From Takakia lepidozioides (lineage: Eukaryota > Plantae > Bryophyta): 64,000 bases of DNA. A program made the translations under genes and the position numbers. The notes beneath the pieces are model-generated. The model was not told the origin of the DNA. It saw only the letters and a list, made by a program, of their open reading frames with translations, and ran no database searches. The stretch spans positions 26,474,001 through 26,538,000 of the forward strand of contig CM060733.1 of NCBI GenBank assembly GCA_030704615.1. Reading direction: 5' to 3'. Below, piece after piece: positions 36,965 to 49,084 of the stretch; within the stretch, counting starts at the first letter, position 1, and every line of letters begins with the position of its first letter.

Positions 36965-37565
36965 TCTGCATCTGAAACTTTTCACCTTTGAGACAACATT
37001 CTGCAGCACGCTCTGCTAGCTTCACATTGCCATGTATTCTGCAGGCACCAAGTAAAGCCCCACACTAAAGCATCTGGTTTAATTGGCATTCTGTTGATGA
37101 AATTCTCCGCCTCATCCAAGCGCCCTGCACGGCCAAGAAGGTCAACCATGCAGCCAAAATGTTTTCCTGTTGGAATGATTCTATTATCACACACAGCAGA
37201 TTGATGCTTGTGTGAAGGGTTTTCTAGAGGATATCTGGAAAACCCGGATTAATTCCTTATATGATGGTAAGTCTTACTACCACCGTCAGCCCCTGACGGA
37301 GGTAGGTTCTGTTCCTTTTGTTCCCGCTCAAACTGGGCGCAGGGTCAATGGCCACAAGGCTACGGCATACAACGTCTTATGAGTACAATCTATAATCTCT
37401 ACTCATAGAATGGAAATAGTGTTGTCCTTCATCTACTAGGCCCATATGGCTGCATGCAGACAGAACTGCAATGAGTGTAACATCATTTGGCTTCACCCCT
37501 TGCTGTTTCAAAACTTGGTTGAAAAGTTGCAGAGCATCTTTGCCATGCCCTTGCTGAGAATATCC
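36965..37565 (-). pseudogene. Captured PLS-class PPR gene fragment, interrupted by a LINE 3' piece (~37190-37385)
   Basis: GYSQQGHGKDALQLFNQVLKQQGVKPNDVTLIAVLSACSHMGLVDEGQHYFHSMSRDY ... [41 protein letters not shown], the typical last PLS triplet and E motif. Confidence 0.85.
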
Positions 37566-38142
37566 GAAGACCTGCTTGCCCTCTTCTACAGCTGGGCACA
37601 GGGAGTGTCGTTGAGGCTGAAAAGGGGAAATTTGACCAGGTCATATCCGTTTGTGTTACTTCGAAGGTGTGGGCCAGCCTGCCAGAAGGTCAAAACAGGT
37701 GCATGCTGACATATGAAAGTCTGGCGTCGTGGAGATTGTTGGCTGTGAGGTGGGGATGGGGTTATCATCTTTCCTGGTAAATGAAGATATGATTGACATA
37801 TCTCCTCTCCCATAAACTGTCACATTTCCTATAGGAAGTTCTTGTGACGCCCTTGACATGCTGTTGATGTGAATGAAAGCAGGCTGCAGTAGCAACAATG
37901 GAGAATTCAGGGTGTTTGGATTGGGGCAGAGCATACCATGGAAGAGAACAAGGGGCCCAATAGTTCGTGCAGTTGGGGGAGTTGATGTATGTACTTCCCC
38001 ACACGGCCTTTGCCTCTCTTCACCATCTGTACCGAAGGTGCATAGATGGAACAAATCTCCAGTCTTTTGGTGTGCTCTTGTAATTCTGATATGCCCATAG
38101 ACCCACTTCTCTCTCCTGTCTGTCTTGAGTTCCCCAACAAAA

Positions 38143-41100
38143 ATGAGTTCCCCTCGCCCATGCGGAGGACTTCCAATTAATCACCCCTGTAGACAGAACA
38201 ACCGGGATGACAGGTTGTGGGAAAGAGAAGTGGCACGTGCCCGAGCCCTTGGGCTTTCAAGGATGCCATGCCCATGTGAACGTTGTTTGGGCACTACAAG
38301 TAGATCTGAGGACGGTGTGCGCACACATCTCCTTCACCACAAAAGACATGAAGCATTTCGGGTGTGGATTGGAGATGGACCTGCAGACGAAGACGATGAG
38401 GAGTGGGCACAATTGGACAATGCACACCCCCGAGGGAGCCATACAGACAGGCCAGACGAGGACTATGTCATGGGCGCAGGACAGGAACCAGGCATGGACG
38501 GAGGGGTGGAGACACTCGGAATGTTGCAGGAAGCATTCCACATCACATCATGGACGATGCTGAAGAGGGGGACGGCGCTGCGACAACTGGGGATGGTGAT
38601 GACGCAGGAAATGAAGGCATTCACGTGGGGGAAGGCGTGGAAGGAGGTGGAGATGGAAATGAGAATTCTGCACACATGACACTAGAAGAAGCATGTGTGC
38701 CACTGTACGAGGGATGCAAATCCACAAAGCTTGCTGCCAGCATGCTGTTGATGAACCTGTGCACAACCCACGGTGTGTCAGACCATTTTGTGGACGAGTT
38801 GTTCTCTTTGCTTCGGCTGAACTTGCTTCCACAACCAAATGAAATGCCAAAAAGCTGTCACATGGCCAACAAAATGATTGGGAAGCTCGGCCTCAACTAC
38901 GTGAAAATACATGCATGTCCAAAAGGACATGTACTTTTCAGAAGAGAGTACAAGGACGCTATGGAGTGCCCCAAATGCGGTGCAGCCCGATACCATGATG
39001 TGGGCAGGTTACAACAGCCAGCCAAGGTGTTGAGGCACTTTCCCCTTATCCCCCGTCTATTACGAATGTACAAATGCAAGACCATTAGTGAGCTCATGAC
39101 TTGGCATTCCAGGAATGCCTCAAACGATGGTTTGGTAAGGCATGTCCCAGATTCCCTTGCATGGAAGCATATAGATGCAACTTGGCCCGATTTCGCCGAG
39201 GACCCACGCAATGTGCGATTGGCTGTATCTACGGATGGAGTAAACCCATACGGATCAAAGAGTTGCACATGGTCCACATGGCCCGTGCAGTTGGTGGCAT
39301 ACAACCTGCCACCATGGTTGACAACAAAGAAATTCTTTGTCATGTTGTCTCTCTTGATTCCAGGCAAGGAGTCCGTGACAAATGCAAACATAGATGTGTA
39401 TTTGCAACCATTGATTGAAGAGCTACAGGAACTATGGATTGGAGTTGAAGCTTACGACATTTTGAAACCAGTAGGGCAACGGAGTTTCACCCTCCGTGCC
39501 ATACTCATGTGGTCAATCCACGATTTCCCCGCATATGGCCTTGTTGCGGGTTGCAAGACGAAGGGCTACAAAGGGTGCCCCATTTGTGGGCCCTATGTGG
39601 ATTCACGGCACTCAAAGCCATTAGGGAAGACAATATACATGGGGCATCGACGTTACCTTGCAAGAAACCACCCCTACCGACGAGCAGGCCGACACTTCAA
39701 TGGATGTGTTGAAAAGAGAATGGCACCAAATGCTGTGACACCGGAGGAGACATTGCAATTTGCAAAGGAGAAAGAGGCGTTCATGGAGATTGGAGGGAGA
39801 GAAGGAAGTAGTGCGGATCCAGCCATGTCGCACGGGGTGAAGCGCCGGACAATCCTTTGGGATTTGCCATACTGGAAGGTGCATGAATCCCCCCCCCCAT
39901 TCACTCACTTTCTTTCACATTGTGCTTCCTGGAATTACCTTTACTGTCAGGAGTCCTTCCACCAACTCCTAAGTCAGTGTAACTACTATGCAGTAGATGT
40001 TGAAGTCGTACACCTCACTGTGTAGAGGATCGTGCAGTTGTTGAAAGCAGAATGTAGTAACATGGACAACTTCTGCCACATATTCTACTATTTTTGCCCA
40101 TAGAACTTGGTCTCATGGGAGGACATTTGGCATTTCAGAACCTCTTGCAGCGGTACCTCCTGGACCCCATGCATTGTGAGAAGAACTTCTGCGAGAACAT
40201 TCTGAAGACTATCTTTGGGGAGAAGGATACGATAAACGTACGAAAGGACATGGAGATTGAAGGGATACGGTCACATCTGTGGCTAAGGCCTGATCCAAAT
40301 AGACCAGGCAAAGTGCTCATGCCAGCAGCATCATACGTCCTGACCAAATCAGAGCAAGAGGAATTTTTGAAGACATTGGGAGCCATGAAAGTGCCAACCG
40401 GATTCTCGGGTGCTTTCCAAAAGCATGCCATAAACAAGAAATGGTCGGGGATGAAGTCACATGATCTACACGTGATGATGCAGCAGATTTTGCCAGTGTG
40501 CATTCGGGGTACGATGGCGTCGGGTCCTCGAACAGCCATAATGCGTGTAAGTCGAGTGTTTAGGAAGATTTGTGCGAAGGTGTGGGATCCGAGGGACATT
40601 ACATCGCTGCATGAGGATGTGGCTGTGACCCTATGTTTGCTGGAGAAAGAATTCCCTCCATCATTCTTTGACGTCATGACGCACTTGCTAGTGCATCTTG
40701 TAGAGGAGCTGCATGTGTGTGGGCCCGTAGCCAGCCGTTGGATGTACCCCATGGAGAGGTACATGAAGGATCTGAAGGGGTATGTACGCAACATGGCACG
40801 GCCAGAGGGGAGTATGGCGGAGGGCTACATCCGCGACGAAGCCCTGGGCTTCATGACAGAGTATATGTCTTCATTTGATGCAATACAACGACGGGTGTGG
40901 GACGAGAACGAGGAAGAAGGAGTTGTAGGCGAGGTCCTAGAAGGTGGTGGAACAAAGCGTGCCATGAGCCCGCGCCTTCGGGATGTGGCACATGATTATG
41001 TGCTGAACAACACAACAACCATGACACCATGGAGACAGTGGGTGTAAACTTTACATCCCTCCTGTGCTATTCTTAATGGTCTTTGTATGCATGAATTACA

Positions 41101-42220
41101 TATATATTGTCACAAGTCATTCCGGCCACTATGGGAGTGGGATCGTGTACTAACAGGGTGCTTCAGACGACAACAGAGGGTGTTTCGTAGTTGGTGTTGT
41201 TGCTTGCAAGTGATCATGAAGTAGGCTGCATCACTACAATGTGCTTGAAAGGACACACTCTACATGTGGCATGCATGTACAGTACGGTGTTGGTCAGGGG
41301 GACTGAGTTGCAGCTTCTATTTGGTTTCTGCCAGAAAATACGCAGCGGAGAAGGTCCGCCTGAAAACGGAACGGAGAGCATTTGCAAAAGCATGGCGGAG
41401 GGGCGGTCGTAGGCGCAGATCCCCGGTGGAGTACCCGACAACAATGGAGGAGCTGCAGCCCTTTACAGTGTGGGTCAGATCTGCAATTGCAGTGTACGCA
41501 TCAGAGAACGAGGACCCAGATGAGGGCATGGTGAGTCTGTCATTCCCCCCAGGGCTGATTGCCACTTCGTACCGGTCAATGAAAGCATATGGCAATCACT
41601 ATAGAGTGGACGATGCCAACACCAGCCTCCTGGTGACTTATGACAGCGGAGTGGCATCATTTTTTGAACAAGAGAGTAGGAGCTGTGCACGAGATCGGAA
41701 TCCAATTTCATGCCATGTGCAATATGTAGGAGTGATCAAAGAGATCCTTAAACTAGACTATGGTCTTGTGAAGCCAATTCTATTCCGTTGTTCTTGGGTA
41801 AAAGCCAATATGGTAGGAGAGAATGCCACCATGAAACGGGATGAGTACGGGTTCCTCCTTGCTGATTTCAGAAAAATGCTACCACAAGATGAAGAGCCAT
41901 TCATCTTCCCATCGCAAGTTGAGCAAGTTTTCTTTTCAGATGACATCCATGCGCCGGGATGGAAGGTGGTTCTTCACAAGGACCCCCGGGCCAAACGAGT
42001 CGTTGCCGACGTCCATGATCTGGACCTAGGGGAGAATGCCGACCACGAGGGTCTGAGGGAACCACGAAATCTACCAGATACGGCCGAACCAGTCTCTTTG
42101 GAAGGAGCAGTTACCTTTAATGAGGAAGACATTCCAGGGTTGGTAATTACCGCCAGGCAAATTGCAGATGTGGGTAGTGAAGGGGAAGATTATTTGGATA
42201 CGGATAGTGAGCCCAGCTGA
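38143..42220 (+). CDS. CACTA TnpD transposase (Transpos_assoc, Transposase_21, DUF4218, DUF4216 order); one apparent frameshift near 38545
   Basis: MPCPCERC...HL; KIHACPKGHVLF...CPKC; DSLAWKHID...DPRNVRLAVSTDGVNPY; YNLPPW; HDFPAYG; LDPMHCEKN; GMKSHDLH; FPPSFFDVMTHL; RWMYPMER; EPFIFPSQVEQVFF. In-frame introns 39879-40138 and 41038-41334. Confidence 0.93.
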
Positions 42221-43773
42221 ATCTCAGTGTCCATTAAGCCAGCAGCTCATAGACGAGAGCTATGCTAAGGACTCTTACTGTCCTTAGAACCCATTTTGTA
42301 CAGTCCTGCTTATAAGCAAGGGCGAGACAGTTAATAGTATCGATAATGTATGGGTATGTGGTCACTGACTGTCTTGTGAACAAACCTTTTTTTGTTCTGC
42401 CCATATTGTTTCTGACATGTGAGGAGAGGATCGTCTTCATGTACGGGAAGTAGACGTGAATGTGTGCATGCATTTTCTGGCCCATCTGCATGCTTTCCAG
42501 GAACAAAGACCAGTGGAATGGGGGGTGTCTCCAAAGGAGCAGGACCGAACGACACCTTTTTGTGCTTCCCTTGCTTTCCTTCTCACCGTTGTTCCATTCT
42601 CCCACCTGCCCAACAGCAGCACTCTCGAAGCAATAGCATGACATATGTTCGCACATGGTCTTCTTCACCAGTGAATGAGCTTTTATGCTACATGTACTGC
42701 CCCGTCCACATTAACGTTGATCCCTGCAAGCACTTGGCAAGACACCCCAGAGCCGCAAATCCAGCAACCACCACAAACACATCTAACTGATTGTAGTGAC
42801 ACGGGAATAGCTCACTTGTAGAGGAATTGAACCTCCAGCCAAATGAATGGCTCTGCCCCTTGTAGCACAAGTGCGATGCAAAAACAAGGTGAGTACAAAA
42901 TGAAGAAGCACTTACGAGGTCCCCATCCCTGGGATGGGCTCCCACTTCTGCTCTGGAACTGTGCAGGCCTGAGTAGCACCAAATTGCATGAATCCTAAGC
43001 CTGAATGTCAAATGCAGGTTTATGTCGCGATGTAGCACGCCATCATCTTACCTGTAGTTTCCAGTTTCACTGGTGTCACATTTGCCTTCAAGTCAACATC
43101 AAAATTAAGTCCACCTATGCGCAAATCGCAGAATCTCTCATGACACCATCTGCGTACCGAAAAACTGGTTTGGCATGATATAATTGTAGTTCACAACCTT
43201 AATGAACGCTTTCAGCCTTTACCTCTCCGTGCGCTCCATCGTGCCTCCATCCAGCACATTTGTAAATGTTGAATGACCAAGAACCCGATGTCACACCGTT
43301 CTGAGAAGCCACTACGCGCGCTCACAGTATACGAAGGCCTTGCCGTGTCAGGATTTGCATTCCCACGTCCCGCCATGTCCGACGCAGCACTTGCATCCTT
43401 GCCAGACAGGCCAGGTGGAGGCAGCATGTATTAAAATATCTATTCCCCCAAGGCCACATTTTGTTTACCTCTTTTTGTGAAAGCCACGTCAGCAAATGTG
43501 CTGCCGAGTCATGGGTGCAATGAATGCGCAGTGGTTCATGGAGTCGTTGAGTCGACTACATATTCACTTTAATGAATAAATATCTTTATTCCATTAATCG
43601 AATTAGGAATGAAAATTTGTAGTCGCATGTGCAGTAATTACAACCACTTGCAATTTTGGCTTTTTCAAATTTTGTCTGTTTCGACTCTCCAGTAGTCCCG
43701 TTTACTACCAAGTGGTTCCCGGAGTGGTCGCGGACATGCAGTCGATTCGAAAAAGACACGAATGCTTCTAGTG

Positions 43774-46700
43774 CCTGTCAGTGTCACCCTTCTGTTCAAA
43801 CCCCTTGTCACGCTTCTTAGTGTCACCCTTCTCTTCGGCTACCTCCTCAGTGTCACGATTCTCAGTGTCACCCTTCTCTTTGGCTTCCTTCTCAATGTCA
43901 CCCTTCTCTTCGGCTACCTCCTCAGTGTCACTCTTCTTAGTGTCACCCTTCTCTTCGGCTACCTCCTCAGAGTCACGCATCTCAATGTCACCCTTCTCTC
44001 CGGCTACCTTCTCAGTGTCACTGGTCTCAGTGTCACCCTTCTCTTTGGCCGCATTATCAGTGTCACTCTTCGCAGTGTCACCCTTCTCATCGGGTTCCTT
44101 CCCAGTGTCACTCTGCTGAGTAACAATCTTATGTGTGTCACCCTTGGCAGTGTCTAGATGCTCCGCAACATCCTTCTCTTCGTGACTCTCCACAGTGAAA
44201 CGCTTCTCAGTGTGACCCTGCTTTGTGTCACCCTTCCAACTGACAACCTCCTCGGTGACACCCTTCCCCGTGTCACCCATGTCGATGTCACTCTTCTTTG
44301 CATCAACCTCCTCAATGCCATCCTTGATTGTGTCACCCTTCTCTGCACCCTCCAAGACCGTGTTGACTAGCGGAAGACCGTCATCCATCGCGACTAGTGG
44401 CCGTGGCAAAGGAGTGTCACCTTCCATGACTAGTGGTAGTGGAATGTCATCCATGACAGTGTTACACTCACTGACATCTACCATGTGGGTTGGCTGTGGG
44501 GTGTCACCCCTATCAGTGTAACCCATGTCAATGTCACTCTCAACGGAAGTTGCAGTGTTCACGGGCAATGGTGTGTCACCCACGACAATGTCCCTCACGA
44601 CATTGTCAGCCACGCCGGTATCCGCAGTGTCACCCTGAGGTGCAGTGTAACCCTCCTTCCCTGTTGCTCCTCTCTGCACAGTGTCACCTTGAGGTGCAGT
44701 GTAACCCTCCTTCCCTGTTGCTCCTCTCTGCACAGTGTCACCCTCAGGTGCAGTGTAACCCTCGGTTTCAGGGCATCCTCCCTTTGCAGTGTCACTCTGC
44801 GCATCAATGGGATCCACGAAGGCTGGGTCATTCTGAGAGAGGTTGACCACATGATCCTGACAAAATACTTACATTTCTGCATCGAGGGTTCAACCCAGCA
44901 TCTCCAGATTCAAAGTCATACACAGACTCTGGGTCAAGCGGGTCCCCGATTCTTCGATTAAGACCTTCAAAAGAAATGACTGGGGCTGCGGACAAAGAGG
45001 TTCGCACTTGGGTGTTCCACCTTGATGTATCATCTTCAGTATCAGTATCAGAATTCATGGGCAAATCCCGCGTCAAGTCTGCTAGGTTCACCCCTAAGTG
45101 CAGCTGGGTTGAGTACAATTCACCAACCTGCGACAAAGATACAACGACAGATTGACTTGGAATGATGTCCTCGTCATGTACATCGTCGCTCTGCGGGGCG
45201 GAAATTGGCCCATCGCTCGTCTGCGCGCCCCCTACGCCCCCTGTATCGCATTGTGGAGGGGCCCCATACACAACTTTGTGAAGCTCACGTTGAGCCTCAA
45301 AAAGGTTTTTGAACGCATTGGCGACTTGATTGGCCATGAGCTCGGACTCATCTGCATCGGGGAAAAGACAAAGGTTTTTAGTCGTGGAACAAGGTTTTTG
45401 AAAGTGCAAGGGTTACACTGACTAGGACAAGACAGTGGTTCGGATTACACGATGTGGGTTACACCACCCTGTTAGAGACAGTAGTTTGCAATGGGTTACA
45501 CTACCATGGGTTACACTACTGAGATTACACAACGAGAGGGTAACAAATCTAGGGTAACACAGCGAGGGGTACCATTAGGGGTACACTGATTACAGGGTTA
45601 CATACTCCGAGGGTTACACTGATTACAGGGTTACACACAGCGAGGGTTACACTGAGTACAAGGTTCCACATAGCGAGGGTTACATTGATTACAGGGTTAC
45701 ACACAACAAGGGTTACACTGAGTTACAAGGTTCCACATAGCGAGGGTTACAATGATTACAAGATTACACACAAAGGGATTACACGACGAGAGGGGTGACA
45801 GTGGATGGAGTAACACTTACAGAGATACCAAGGCACTACAGACCCAAGGTCTCTCATATACTGGATGCCCAAACGCGCATTGAAGTCCATTTCTGTTGGT
45901 GATTCGCTGAAGAGGCCACAACACCAAAGCTGGATAAACGATTCTCTCTGTTAGATCGCAAAGTGATGGGCGGCGCGACAACGGCTTGCCTTGCAAAACT
46001 GTATAGCTCCGTTGATCTTAATTGACCGGTCACCCCACTCTTCTGTACTCAAACTCGATCTTAAGTCTTCGAGCTCAGAATCCAAGGTCGCAATTCCGTC
46101 ACCAGGTTGTGCAAAGTACATCAGACTAAAGCCGTAATACTCATCGACTAGGTCCTTCACCTTTGAGGCCGTAAGAGCACTTTCCAGAAGTTCAGTCGTG
46201 AACCCCAACCTGGGATGCGTTTGGGAAACTGACCTGCCATGATTTCTTACATCGTTGTGGGCCAGAATTCTCAAAAGGAGTGGTGGCGGTCCAATGTGCG
46301 GTTTGGTGAGATTCTCCATTTGACTGATCAATCCTTCGGCAAAACCACGAGTGAATTCCAACGGATCTGGAACAACCAAACCTTTGATTCCATCTACAGT
46401 AATAGTGATGACAAGAGGATTTGAAGTTCTGGCATCGTCAAGGTCGGTATTGCCAACAGCTAGTTCGTCCATCGTGTCATCATCATGTGAGGCTTGGCTC
46501 TCTCGATGGACTCGTGTAAGTCTCCCACCTTTTTTCTTTTTCTGCTTTGGCATGTCAGGATGCCCAATGCTCTCTAAATACTCCTTCACCCGATTCAATT
46601 CCTCTATCATTAACGGACCATGATCCGGCTGGGCAGTAAACGCCTTGTGGGCAGCAACAACACTGTCCATATCATCGCTTCTAAGATGATATCGAGCTCC

Positions 46701-47770
46701 CTGCGCAATACAGCGTGAGGGGTTACACCAGAGAAAAAGTTACAGCACGAGGGGTTACACATGAAAATGGGTTACAAACAAGATGGGCTACACAGGGTTA
46801 CACAGAGGTGGGTTACACACCATAGGGGTTTTTAAAAGGGGTCCTCTGTAGGTGGGTTACACTCTGGGTTACACGCCACATGAGAGACAGGGGGGGTAAC
46901 ACAAGGGGTTACATGGATAGACAACAACCCAAAATTTGAAAAACAGAGAAATGGCAAGGAATCCAACTTGATTGTCTGTCGATAGGACCCAACTTGATTT
47001 TGCAGCTGTCGCATAGACTGCACCCTCGCCTCGCGCAACAAATTCTTGGAATGTCGGCCAAAACCCCTTCTATTGACATTCGGAAATGGGAACTGAGGAA
47101 TAAGGCCATGCGGTAGCAGAAGGATTGAGCCTGGAGTTCGCTTTCGCAAGATGAACCTTGAGCTCCGGTTTCCCCGGTTTCCAATGTTGATTTTCCTTGC
47201 AATAGGGACAGGTAGAGGCGGGCTCAATCGCCGCTTGTCTCTCTCGTTAGAAACCTGCCGAATAGAAGGACCAGGGACAGAAACAGCAGGAGCACCGGAA
47301 GATGGAACCTCTGTAGCAGAAATAGCCGAAGAAGGTACAACAGCAGGCACTTCAATAGGATCTGCAATCTCACCCAAAGCCACCCTATTTTGCAGAATCC
47401 ATGCATGATATGCATCAACAGAAGAAGCTGGAACAGAATTCATCACATTTTCAACAGCCATGGCATGCTTGAGCTCCGCATCAGGAAACGGTTTTGTTCC
47501 TTTCGGTCTGGCCATACATGCGGTCGTTCCATCGACAATATGCCGATTCAATCTGCTCTTATCTACCTTTACTGCCCCACAATAAGGACATTTGAACTTA
47601 GGCCGGCCCTTTGCTCCCTCCACCTTGGCCTCTCTACACCTGGTGTGGCAATACGCGATCATTGTAGCATGCTCATGCTCAGTGTACCAGAAGCAAACTC
47701 GTTCGCCATCCCTTTTCAAGTGATCAAATGGAATAGTAGCCTCTCCAGGGAACAAATAACAATCAGCCAT
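43774..47770 (-). pseudogene. 5' half of the outer element's second gene: C2H2/C2HC-like zinc finger, unknown domain, acidic GDT/GYT repeats (continues at 28341)
   Basis: FKCPYCGAVKVDKSRLNRHIVDGTTAC. Collinear - strand ORFs 46832-47869, 45951-46670, 44828-45409 and 43768-44850 are separated by GGGTTAC-rich introns or frameshifts. Removing the CACTA gives in-frame ...KGDTDRGSTEEVSCDT.... Confidence 0.7.
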
Positions 47771-49084
47771 GACAAAAGAAAAAGCTGACAAAAGAGAAGA
47801 GAAGAGCAAGAGCAAGAAAAGACAAGACAAGAAAAGACCAAGACTAAGAGAATTCCGAAGAACGCACAACAGGGAGCACGCACAGCAAGGAGGGCAGGAA
47901 GAATATGAAAGGCTGCGAGAAGGGGAAAACTGAACAATGATTAAAGAACGAAGAACGAAGCTAGCTAGATGTCACCCGTAAGGCACGTCGGTTAAGCGAA
48001 AGACGACGGTTCATTAAAATCTGGCGGCTTGCAATCAATTATATCCGCACTGACTCACACGTGTATGAGTTGCAATCCCGGTGTCACCCGTAATAACGGA
48101 GTGTAACCCGTAACCCTACACTTGTGAGCGCGACAAACCGGCCGTTACCCGCATGCCAGGCACGTCGAGTGTAAACCCTCCGTCAGGTACCCACATATGA
48201 TGTAACCCTTCGTCACAACCTCATGTACCCCTAGTCTATGTGACTCCCGAACACAACATCGATATAACCCTATCATATCAAACCATTAGTATGCAACCTC
48301 CAGGTAAACATGGTCAATGTAATGCCCCACCCATGTAACCCTAGCCTATGTGGCTCCGCGAGCGCAACATCCACGTAACCCATCAAACATGTCAACCCCA
48401 TCTAAACCTCCATTACTAAATCGTCTACCAAGCTAGCATGTATTGAGAAAGAAAACACCGTGTAATCCCCTGTGTGTAACCATAGCACACGTGAGGTAGT
48501 CATATAAACCATCATACATGTAACCGGTTGACAGTGCTTGCAAAACACGCATGATTCGATACGTATTGCATCCATAATAGCGATGAGTAGGCTGCCCCGG
48601 CTGGTGTGTGAACAAAAGATACACGAGAGGAGAGTGAATGGGCACCCCGTCAAATGAGCGGCTGCTTGCATGGCTAGACCGAAAGAAACAAAACCCTTTC
48701 CTAATGCGGATCTTAGGAATACCATAGCCATCGGGGACGGTGACAAAACAACAAGAATGACATTGAGAAAGAAAAAGAATAGAGACAACCGTATCAATCG
48801 TAGAGAAAACCGTAGTAATAGATTTGACGGATTGCTGCGCGGAAAGCGTTGTCTTGTATGTTGCTGGGATGACGATACTGAACTGAATGAACTACAAATC
48901 CTTCGCATTGATGTGTGAAGCCGATTGGGCACCATGGAAATTGCAGAAAGCTGATGCCCCAAAGCAAAAAATCGAGCGAGTTAGGAATCTGAAAAACGGA
49001 TGGAGAGAGCAAATTAGGGTTTCGGCCTCTATTTAAACCTCCATTCGGCCGTCGGATAATTTACACGTGTATGATGTACACGAG

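Larger units (their letters stand above)
28342..43773. mobile_element. CACTA (En/Spm) element, 15,432 bp, nested inside the Ulp1 gene
   Basis: Perfect 19-bp TIR CACTAGAAGCATTCGTGTC (28342) / GACACGAATGCTTCTAGTG (ends 43773). 3-bp TSD CCT (28339-28341, 43774-43776). Contains TnpD and TnpA-like genes. Confidence 0.95.
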
